This document shows, piece after piece, positions 19,566 through 27,945 of a DNA stretch of 64,000 nucleotides (positions within the stretch are counted from its first letter, which is position 1; every line of letters starts with the position of its first letter). Source of the DNA: a bacterium (GTDB lineage Bacteria; Zhuqueibacterota; Zhuqueibacteria; Residuimicrobiales; Krinioviventaceae); NCBI GenBank assembly GCA_963675755.2, contig CAXXMD010000002.1, positions 2,080,001 through 2,144,000 on the forward strand, read 5' to 3'. The position numbers and the translations under genes were made by a program. A model generated the notes under the pieces. It had not been told where the DNA came from. It did no database searches and worked only from the letters and a program-made list of their open reading frames with translations.

Positions 19566-19753
19566 CGTCTCACATCTGCCGTCTTGCGTTTCTTCTGAAT
19601 ACTGAGCACTGATAACTTGATCGCGGTGCAGATTCCTGCATCGCGGAATATTGCTACGGGACATCTGTCCCGTTTTTCTGCATCTATCCGTGGCTAAAAG
19701 CTAATAGCTTATTAATGACAGCTTTTCTTCTGAATACTGAGCACTGATAACTT
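19566..19753 (+). repeat. Heptamer arrays plus perfect 30-bp direct repeat (19589-19618, 19724-19753) enclosing family A copy 4 (19617-19671)
   Basis: TTTCTTCTGAATACTGAGCACTGATAACTT occurs twice. A4 = TTGATC-GCGGTGCAG-ATTC-CTGCATCGC-GGAATAT-TGCTAC-GGGACATCTGTCCC. Confidence 0.92.
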
Positions 19754-21226
19754 TTATTTCCCCTCCGGCAACTCTACATCTTTACAATTCCGGGTCTGAA
19801 TCGGTGTTTTTGCAAGCAGACTCACATCATCCATTTTCCAGTTCACAGCATTGGTAATCTTGCCGCCATTCTGTGCTTCAATAGACACACGTTCCCAAAC
19901 CACATCCCGGATGGGTTTTTCTTCATACGCATTGGCATAAATCCCGATCCCCGCATTGGTTGCGGTTACATCCGAAATCCGGATATCATAAAACTCGGGA
20001 ATGCCCCGTTCCGGCGGATCGACTTTTGTCAGCATGGCTTTCCAGTGCGCCGGCCATTCCGATTCCGGAATATGCTCGGGACGCGGGGGATAACTGTATT
20101 CGGGAAACCAGTTCAACTCCCAATGAAACGGATTTTTCACACTGTCCATTTGGATATCATGAAACCAGACATTGCTGATCACACCGCCGCGCACCTTGGC
20201 GGATTTAAACCGGATACCGTTATTAGTCCCTCTGGCATCCAATCCGTACACTTCAATATTGTGCATCCCTCCCGAAGTCTCGCTGCCCAGGGTAATCAAA
20301 CCATGCCCCTTGCCGGTGATGCAATTGCGGACCACTATATTTTCAGCAGGACGGTTAACACGTAATCCGTCTGCGTCTCGTCCCGCTTTTAAACAGAAAT
20401 TATCATCATTACAGTCTATATCACAATCCTCAACCAATATATCTTGAGAAGAATCTATGTCAATGCCATCTGTACTGGGTCCATGCCCGCCAATGTTATT
20501 CCGAATGACAAGACCCTTTACATATACCCGCTCGCTGTAGGTCATGGTAACGGTCCAGAATCCCGACCGCTTGACCGTAAAGTCTGTCAAGCGCACATTT
20601 TTCGACTCGTACACAACAACGGGACGTACACGCTTTGCATCATAATCCACTGCCCAGCGCATGTTCTGTTGAGTATATGGTTCCAGCAGGGTAAAAAACT
20701 TGTCCCACCAGAATTTGCCGTTGCCGTCAATCATCCCCTTGCCCGTCACATGCGCATTTTCTACCTGGTAAATATTAATCAACGCCACGGGCCAGTCCAT
20801 TTCAATCCCCGCAATGCGTGTCCATTTGTCCGGAAATTCTTCATCCTTGTTTACAGCCTTTAGCACAACACCCGCATCCAGTCGCAGCTCTACATTGGAT
20901 TTGAGGAACAATGCCCCGCTCAAAACCGTACCTTCCGGCAGCGTTACAATCCCTCCGCCGGCGGCACTGGCCGCGTCAATAGCGGATTGGATCTGCTTTG
21001 TATTGATGGTCTTTCCATCCGCAACGGCACCATAATTCTCAGCGGCAAACACCGTCTGCGGTACTTGTCCAAAATTCGCATCATAAAAAATGGATTCCAG
21101 TTGCATCACCAGCTCACTCTTGCCGGATGAAACAGGCTCTCCACTCTGCGATTTACATAATAGAATAAATGGAAGAAAAACTACTAAACTCAGCCCCATC
21201 CACTTTTTCAGAGAAATAGTAACCAT
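19754..21226 (-). CDS. Glycoside hydrolase family 28 (polygalacturonase-like)
   Basis: STDGIDID, CNDDNFCLKAGRD, GHG..TLGSETSGG, GIRFKS and an N-terminal signal. Confidence 0.93.
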   Translation of the reverse strand: MVTISLKKWMGLSLVVFLPFILLCKSQSGEPVSSGKSELVMQLESIFYDANFGQVPQTVFAAENYGAVADGKTINTKQIQSAIDAASAAGGGIVTLPEGTVLSGALFLKSNVELRLDAGVVLKAVNKDEEFPDKWTRIAGIEMDWPVALINIYQVENAHVTGKGMIDGNGKFWWDKFFTLLEPYTQQNMRWAVDYDAKRVRPVVVYESKNVRLTDFTVKRSGFWTVTMTYSERVYVKGLVIRNNIGGHGPSTDGIDIDSSQDILVEDCDIDCNDDNFCLKAGRDADGLRVNRPAENIVVRNCITGKGHGLITLGSETSGGMHNIEVYGLDARGTNNGIRFKSAKVRGGVISNVWFHDIQMDSVKNPFHWELNWFPEYSYPPRPEHIPESEWPAHWKAMLTKVDPPERGIPEFYDIRISDVTATNAGIGIYANAYEEKPIRDVVWERVSIEAQNGGKITNAVNWKMDDVSLLAKTPIQTRNCKDVELPEGK

Positions 21227-21307
21227 AATTTACTCCTTAAATTAATACTTGTAAATATATTGAATATTCTTAAACGAGTCAACAATCTCAACTTGAATAT
21301 TCACAAT

Positions 21308-21336
21308 GAGGGGATTGGGCTAAGACCGATCCCTAC
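21308..21336 (-). repeat. GTAG-type REP-like palindrome, degenerate copy
   Basis: Minus strand GTAGGGATCGGTCTTAGCCCAATCCCCTC aligns with the 19411-19439 copy. Confidence 0.65.
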
Positions 21337-21407
21337 TCAAAACCTGTATTCTGCGTCCCACCTCCTACATAAATCACTTTTTCCCTCAACTACCTATCAC
21401 GTATTTT

Positions 21408-21478
21408 CTGACAACTGAGTACTGACTACTGACAACTTTAAATCTCACATTTGGCATCTTACGTTTTACGTTTCACGT
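21408..21478 (+). repeat. Adjacent 7-nt-period arrays (CTGAnnA then CRTYTnn)
   Basis: ctgacaa ctgagta ctgacta ctgacaa ct...aatctca catttgg catctta cgtttta cgtttca cgt. Confidence 0.85.
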
Positions 21479-21488
21479 AAAAAAACAC

Positions 21489-21517
21489 TTGCATCGATAT
21501 AACCAATCTATTATATT
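21489..21517 (+). promoter_or_regulatory. Putative sigma70 promoter
   Basis: TTGCAT-17 bp-TATATT upstream of 21581. Confidence 0.6.
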
Positions 21518-21580
21518 TAATCAGGGCCAAGGGGCAGATACGGAAGGATCAATTTACTACATATTCTTTGGGAGAGAACC

Positions 21581-24097
21581 ATGACCAAGCGTAACTATTT
21601 TGTACGTATTGTAGTGTTTGTTCTTTTGTATCTGCCATTCATTACCTATCCACAACACATCACAGACATCCTCGTCAACACCGAACCGGATTCCAACGCT
21701 TTCAAAGCCACATCCACCTCTCTGCATGTGCTTTCACCGGAAAAATTTATAGTTATTTGGAATGATGATCGTTGTGATCACAGAATGGCCTGGGCAAACA
21801 TCCTCAATGAAAATGCAGATATTCTTTATGATGACTTTATGGTCCCAGGGGGAGATGACATTTCAGTTTACGAGGATAGTTATACGGTTTTAGGTTCCTA
21901 CTACAACCTTACTCCCGTTATGGAAACACATGAAGGTTATTATCAACATTTCAATAACAATCAACCGATATCAGAACCTACCTCATTATATTCCGAATAT
22001 GTTGGCATGTGTGGAACAGGCTTTACAGGAGAAGGATTAGCAATGACGCGCACATCCTGGGGAAATGTCTATGTTCATAATTCGGGGGGTGCTATATATT
22101 GGGCAACACAAAATGAAATGCTGGGCACAACACAATCCAATTGGAATATCTTTTATCACCCGGATTCATTAAGCAATAATGATAGAACAACAGATGCAGA
22201 ACATTTTTCACTATTCCCATCCACAGATAATAGTTTTGCCTGGTGTGTAATCAGTCGTTCCAATTACTGGTGGTACGGGCCCAGAGAAAACCAGTTACTT
22301 TTATGCAAAATAGATCAAACCGGTTCAACAAAAAAAACAAAAATCGTTTTAAACGACACGCTTTCAACCGATTGGGGCTTTTCAAAATGGTTGCATGCTG
22401 AAACTGAAAACGACTCTTCTATTGTAATTTTCTGGGCAAAAAAAGATTCCCTTATCGAAACCCATATTGATACCAGCGGACAAGTAAAAAGTTATCAGGC
22501 GTTTCTACCTTTTCCAGAAGATAATGTGAATGATCCCGGATATCACGAATTGTCTACTTTTCATCTGAGCAATAAACAAAACGGGACCATGTTTCTTTAT
22601 ATAGGTATTATAAATCAACTTAAAAAAATAACAATTCAAAATAATCATATCACCAATATTTCTGAATCTATTACAGACTTTGAGAATTATGGTACACTCA
22701 ATTTGTCAGACCGTTTTTTTCAAAATTCAGCAGGAGACTTGTTTTTTGTAGCAATAAAAAATAATGATCCGGTTCTTTACAAATCTTCAGGAAGCACATT
22801 TCAACCTTGCAATAACCTGTCTTTTACCGGTAACGGAGCAAGTCAAAACACTCCTGGAATATTCAAAAAAACCAACAACAGCTTTGCCATTAGATATACC
22901 GAGTCCGACAAATACTATAAATCTGTTTATATGAACATGGACGGAGAAAGAGATCAACCACCATTATCCTGGCCCGTTCCCGGTAGTCTGCTCTTTAACA
23001 ATGGAGAAGAACTTTTACATTTAAATATTGAATATTTCAGCGGTCCGGATTATGTAACCCTGCACAAATTCAATGCCCTTGATGGTTCACTATTATTGGA
23101 AAAATTCTTACGACCTCATTTAAACACATTTACGTATGGCAAATTAAATGATGATCAGTTTTTTGTTTTTCAAACGCAGCAGGATTATCAAAACAAAATT
23201 TCTATTTTCAATACCAATGGTACATTAATAGACTCATTGGTTTTTGAAAAATATAAAAAAGAACATGACAATCTTACAGTATATCGTATGCCCAGTGGCA
23301 AGTTCTGGTTGAATGATAGAAACTATGCCCTTTGGGACCCGATAAATAAAACGGTCCGGTACACGCCCAAAGTAAAGAAATACAATACCCCACTCAACGA
23401 TTCTCTGTTTTTAGATTTATCAATTAAAAAAATTCAAAACGAATACACAATCAATTTAGTTTTAATTGATACAAGCAATATCGAGTTGATGTCAAATCAC
23501 ATATCATTTCAAGCGGAATACGGTTCTTATTCCTACCCCATATTGATAAATGATGCCTATTTTATACTACCCTATAGAATAAACAACCAATATATGTTCA
23601 ACATTTTCAACTTGAATTTGGAAACGGAATGCTTGCATCCCCAGGAAATATTCCCCAATGCTTCTCCTTATCTGACAAACTTTACGCGCAAACGCATCGG
23701 CAACCACATCGTCTTTGCCTGTACCGATATCCGCGATACTGAAACCGGACAAAATGTCTATGCCAGCATTTTCAACATTAACGATCTCATCACCGGCATT
23801 GACGATGCCCCCAAATCCCAGCAGGTGCCGAGCCGGTTCAGTTTGTCCGAACCCTCACCCAATCCCACCAAAGCGGGACAATCAATCACCTTTCAACTGG
23901 ATATACATAAACAATCCAAAATGGATTTTCAATTGTACAATATTCTGGGACAACGAATCCAAACTTTTAACCGGCAATTCAACGAGGGGCAACAGTCCGT
24001 CAGGTTCCAACTGCCCAATCTGGCCGCCGGTGTCTATTTTCTCAAAGCAACAGACAACCAGCAGGCCATTATCAAAAAAATCGCAGTGATACGATAA
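21581..24097 (+). CDS. Secreted protein with T9SS type-A-like C-terminal sorting domain, paralog 1
   Basis: Signal peptide and C-terminus TGIDD...PNP...LYNILGQRI...LAAGVYFLK...KKIAVIR. Confidence 0.85.
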   Translation: MTKRNYFVRIVVFVLLYLPFITYPQHITDILVNTEPDSNAFKATSTSLHVLSPEKFIVIWNDDRCDHRMAWANILNENADILYDDFMVPGGDDISVYEDSYTVLGSYYNLTPVMETHEGYYQHFNNNQPISEPTSLYSEYVGMCGTGFTGEGLAMTRTSWGNVYVHNSGGAIYWATQNEMLGTTQSNWNIFYHPDSLSNNDRTTDAEHFSLFPSTDNSFAWCVISRSNYWWYGPRENQLLLCKIDQTGSTKKTKIVLNDTLSTDWGFSKWLHAETENDSSIVIFWAKKDSLIETHIDTSGQVKSYQAFLPFPEDNVNDPGYHELSTFHLSNKQNGTMFLYIGIINQLKKITIQNNHITNISESITDFENYGTLNLSDRFFQNSAGDLFFVAIKNNDPVLYKSSGSTFQPCNNLSFTGNGASQNTPGIFKKTNNSFAIRYTESDKYYKSVYMNMDGERDQPPLSWPVPGSLLFNNGEELLHLNIEYFSGPDYVTLHKFNALDGSLLLEKFLRPHLNTFTYGKLNDDQFFVFQTQQDYQNKISIFNTNGTLIDSLVFEKYKKEHDNLTVYRMPSGKFWLNDRNYALWDPINKTVRYTPKVKKYNTPLNDSLFLDLSIKKIQNEYTINLVLIDTSNIELMSNHISFQAEYGSYSYPILINDAYFILPYRINNQYMFNIFNLNLETECLHPQEIFPNASPYLTNFTRKRIGNHIVFACTDIRDTETGQNVYASIFNINDLITGIDDAPKSQQVPSRFSLSEPSPNPTKAGQSITFQLDIHKQSKMDFQLYNILGQRIQTFNRQFNEGQQSVRFQLPNLAAGVYFLKATDNQQAIIKKIAVIR

Positions 24098-24152
24098 CCA
24101 ACTCCCGTCCATGAGCGAGCGTCCCTCGGGGGGATAACTTTAAGGAAGAACA

Positions 24153-26579
24153 ATGAAAAATATTTTAAATTACTCAATACTATTACTTTTACTAGTACAT
24201 ATAAATGCATCAGCACAACACATCACAGACATCCTTGTCCACACCGAACCGGATTCTAACGATTTCAATGCCACCTCTACTTCCCTGCATGTGCTTTCAC
24301 CGGACAAATTTATGGTTATTTGGCTTGATGATCGTGGAGTTCCTGATCAGGCATGGGCAAATATCTTTGATCAAAATGGAAATGAATTGTATACACCCTT
24401 TAAAGTTCCGGGAGACACATATGTCTCGGCTGAAGATGATAAATATACCATCCTTAGTAAATATTACTCACAATCGGGATTCTTGGAAAACTATGATTTC
24501 CAACATTTTCAAAACGATACAAATATTACGAAACAAAAAGAGATTGAATCTATTTTTTATAATCCATGTGATTATTTTAATCCAATTGAAAAGTTTGAAC
24601 TTTATCGAACACAAGAAAGAAACATCTGGATCAAAAATAACTGTGGTTCTATAAATATTGCAATTCAAGATTCACATTTCTCAACTTTAATTCCTGATTT
24701 TTATCCACTATACATAGATTATTGGGATAATGAAAACAATCATGGTTACGAAGAACTCGTATCAAATTATTCGATAGCACAAAATGATGATAAAAGCCAA
24801 TCATGGATGCTAACACTTCACCCTGGAGTATTTTTAGATTTAATTGACATTGACAAACCGAGCCATTCAGATCTTATAGCAAAAAAAATATACCTGGACT
24901 CTATAGATTACGATTTTGAGCAATATTGGGCAAATGCTCAGATGATAACAGATAGCACTATCTTGTTCTTATGGGCAACAAGAGATACACTAAGAACAAT
25001 ACAACTGGATACAAGTAGTACAATTCTTGAAAAACAAAATTATTATATTGGTGACGAACAATACTATAGCGATATCTATCACATAAGCAATGAGTCAAAT
25101 AATATAAAATATTTGCTGGCAGGAAACCACTTTCGGGCAAAAATTATTAAAATTAAAGATGATCTGGTTGAATCCATATCTGATAATTATCTCGATTTGC
25201 CTCAATCGTTGAACCGCAAAAAGTTCACACAAATATTTTTAAATGAAAACGAGGAAATGTTTCTCCCAGCTGTTGATAACAATCAGGCAAAGCTATTCAA
25301 AATTAAAAATAATTCAATTTCACAGTTTAAAACGTTAAAAGCTCCTGATACCGGGGCCAACCAGGAATGCTCACATATTCGTTCTATTGACGATAATAAT
25401 TTTGCAGTCACATTTAAAGAGTCAGGTGTCTCTAAAACAGCTAAAATGTCAGTTTACGGCACCATTATTAATCAGGAAATGGATTTACCATCAGCCAATG
25501 GAATGTTTTTCAATAATGGGACAGAACTCGTAACTCTAGTCAAAAATATGGAATCTAATATTTTACAGATGAAAAAATATGATTTACAAACAAATACTAT
25601 ACTTTTAGAAAAAACACTGTTTGACTCTACTCTCACTTTTTATTTTGAAAAGCTAAATGATTCATCATTTGTTGTTTTTAATCTATTGGAAAACAGGATT
25701 CATTTTGCATTATTTAATTCTAACGGAGATATAATAGGTGAAACAAGTATCCTCAATCCATTTAACAACGGTGAACAATTTATAATAGCAAAATTACCTG
25801 ATACTAAAATCTGGTTTCATTCAAATTTTAATTATTTTTTATTTGATCCGCAATCATTTAGCGTTCAATCATTTTCGGGTTTATATGGGCAATCAAAATT
25901 TTTCCCGGTTACTGAATCCAAACTTGTCAATCACAGAAATGGTACGTTTACAATCATTGACACATCAGGAACGATTTTAAAACAACTCGAAACCTCATTC
26001 AATTATTATGGATCATTGAATGTTCTTCCTCTAAATGATGATACATTTTTGTTTAATTCTGCTTATTCAGCTAAATTTCAACTAATTACAACTGAATTAG
26101 AGTTTTACACACAAAGCACGCTAAGCTGTTTTCCGAAAAGAACTTTATATAACATGACTGATTTCACATATGAACGCATCGGCAACCACATCGTCTTTGC
26201 CTGTACCGATATCCGCGATACTGAAACCGGACAAAACGTCTATGCCAGTATTTTCAATATAAACGATCTCATCACCGGCATTGACGATGCCCCAATATCC
26301 CAGCAGGTGCCGAACCGGTTCAGCTTGTCCGAACCCTCACCCAATCCCAGCAGAGCGGGACAATCGATCTCCTTTCAACTGGATATACATAAACAATCCA
26401 AAATGGATTTTCAATTGTATAATATTCTGGGACAACGAATCCAAACTTTTAATCGGCAATTCAACGCGGGGCAACAGTCCGTCAGGTTCCAACTGCCCAA
26501 TCTGGCCGCCGGGATCTATTTTCTCAAAGCAACGGACAGCCAGCAAGCCATTATCAAAAAAATCGCAGTTGTTCGATAA
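24153..26579 (+). CDS. Secreted protein with T9SS type-A-like C-terminal sorting domain, paralog 2
   Basis: Same mature N-terminus (QHITDILV.TEPDSN) and near-identical last ~135 aa as paralog 1. Confidence 0.85.
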   Translation: MKNILNYSILLLLLVHINASAQHITDILVHTEPDSNDFNATSTSLHVLSPDKFMVIWLDDRGVPDQAWANIFDQNGNELYTPFKVPGDTYVSAEDDKYTILSKYYSQSGFLENYDFQHFQNDTNITKQKEIESIFYNPCDYFNPIEKFELYRTQERNIWIKNNCGSINIAIQDSHFSTLIPDFYPLYIDYWDNENNHGYEELVSNYSIAQNDDKSQSWMLTLHPGVFLDLIDIDKPSHSDLIAKKIYLDSIDYDFEQYWANAQMITDSTILFLWATRDTLRTIQLDTSSTILEKQNYYIGDEQYYSDIYHISNESNNIKYLLAGNHFRAKIIKIKDDLVESISDNYLDLPQSLNRKKFTQIFLNENEEMFLPAVDNNQAKLFKIKNNSISQFKTLKAPDTGANQECSHIRSIDDNNFAVTFKESGVSKTAKMSVYGTIINQEMDLPSANGMFFNNGTELVTLVKNMESNILQMKKYDLQTNTILLEKTLFDSTLTFYFEKLNDSSFVVFNLLENRIHFALFNSNGDIIGETSILNPFNNGEQFIIAKLPDTKIWFHSNFNYFLFDPQSFSVQSFSGLYGQSKFFPVTESKLVNHRNGTFTIIDTSGTILKQLETSFNYYGSLNVLPLNDDTFLFNSAYSAKFQLITTELEFYTQSTLSCFPKRTLYNMTDFTYERIGNHIVFACTDIRDTETGQNVYASIFNINDLITGIDDAPISQQVPNRFSLSEPSPNPSRAGQSISFQLDIHKQSKMDFQLYNILGQRIQTFNRQFNAGQQSVRFQLPNLAAGIYFLKATDSQQAIIKKIAVVR

Positions 26580-26603
26580 ACACTTTTAACGAGGTATACA
26601 CGA

Positions 26604-27677
26604 TTGAAATTTGCTTTTTACATTTTAATATTGATCATAATTTTTATGGCGTGTTCATTACCTGTAGAAGAGGAATCCTCAGAATATTTCTATTATGAAT
26701 CTTTTATTTCGCTTATTTCAATAGATGGAGAAAATTTTGAAACGCTTGTAAATCATGCCGGTGGTGTGGAAGCAACAAGCGCGGATATATATTGGTTGGG
26801 TGATAAATCCCAATTTCTAGTGAACCGTGATGATCTATATATTTACGATCTTGAAGGAACGCTTGTTAAAGAAATCAGAATACCGGACTGTAATATTGAC
26901 ATTGATACTAGTCCCAATGGGGATAATATAGCTATTAGATGTGGCGGTGACGGTTCAGATTTGTACATAATTGACACAGAATCATTTAAAATGAAAAAAA
27001 TCACAAATACGCCATCAATTGTCGAACGTTACCCACGTTTCTCAAGTGATGGTAAAAAAATTGTATATGTATGCGTATTTGATAAAGAGGACCAAGAGAA
27101 GCCAGCTATCAAATTGTATGATATGGATTCAGACAGCTCGGTAACGCTGATAACGGTAAAAGAGGAGAACCTGCATTCCAATCCCTTTGTATCGCCCTGC
27201 TTTGGTAAAAATGATGAAATACTTTATTATATGAACAACTATAATAAAGAGATAAATTACTCGGGCACAACAACGCTTTACAGTTATAATTTAATTACCA
27301 GCGAAATATCCGAAATTGACAAGAATGCTATCTGGTTTACAAAAATGCAATATGCCCCGGCTGGTGACCGGTTAGTTTATCTCACGAGAGAACCATTCTG
27401 CGGAATCAAAGTATTTGATGCAAACACACAAAGCTTTTATAATTTGGGAGATAAAATCCATGAAGAATGTAGGGCCATTGGCCCCAATCAGATACTGAAT
27501 ATAAATTCTCAAGGTACGCATGTTATCGCAGGAACTGATTATTGTAGCAGCACCCATATATATGCAATAGATATTGAAAAAGCAGAATACAAAGAAATTG
27601 CTTTGGGTACATCACCCGCATTGAACAATGATGACAAGACAATTTTATTTGTAAAAACATTTAAAAACAAATACTAG
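26604..27677 (+). CDS. TolB-like/PD40 beta-propeller lipoprotein
   Basis: Lipobox FMAC, with SPNGDNIA, PRFSSDGKKIVY and APAGDRLVY repeats. Confidence 0.75.
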   Translation: MKFAFYILILIIIFMACSLPVEEESSEYFYYESFISLISIDGENFETLVNHAGGVEATSADIYWLGDKSQFLVNRDDLYIYDLEGTLVKEIRIPDCNIDIDTSPNGDNIAIRCGGDGSDLYIIDTESFKMKKITNTPSIVERYPRFSSDGKKIVYVCVFDKEDQEKPAIKLYDMDSDSSVTLITVKEENLHSNPFVSPCFGKNDEILYYMNNYNKEINYSGTTTLYSYNLITSEISEIDKNAIWFTKMQYAPAGDRLVYLTREPFCGIKVFDANTQSFYNLGDKIHEECRAIGPNQILNINSQGTHVIAGTDYCSSTHIYAIDIEKAEYKEIALGTSPALNNDDKTILFVKTFKNKY

Positions 27678-27698
27678 AGTTCATTTCCTCAATACAAT

Positions 27699-27764
27699 TT
27701 GATCGCACGGCAATCCGACAACTTACGGATACCGTGTGGAATATATCATCGGGATATTTGTCCC
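27699..27764 (+). repeat. Family A copy 5 (elongated first stem)
   Basis: TTGATC-GCACGG-CA-ATCCG-ACAACTTA-CGGAT-A-CCGTGT-GGAATAT-ATCATC-GGGATATTTGTCCC. Confidence 0.88.
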
Positions 27765-27787
27765 GGATTACTGCATCCATCCGTGGT

Positions 27788-27930
27788 TTGATCGTGATGC
27801 AGATTCCTGCATCGCGGAATATTTATTTGGGACATTCATCCCGCTTGCCAGCATCCATCCGTGGCTAAAAGCTGATGGCTTATAGCTGACAGCTAACAGC
27901 TTTTCTTCTGATAACTGACAACTGATTACT
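27788..27930 (+). repeat. Family A copy 6 (27788-27842) followed by ATCCGTGG, an AGCTnnn array (27863-27901) and a CTGAnnA array (27908-27930)
   Basis: Module order and sequence match 19617-19753. Confidence 0.9.
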
Positions 27931-27945
27931 TTTTACCATCTCCCG

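Noticed and set aside
23691-26579. Near-identical 3' ends as a DGR TR/VR pair
   Set aside because: The differences include many C/T changes and are not adenine-specific. Both copies are ends of intact genes.
6393-27930. CRISPR array or integron attC sites
   Set aside because: There is no regular repeat-spacer periodicity and no cas gene. The elements lack RYYYAAC/GTTRRRY boxes and no integrase is present.
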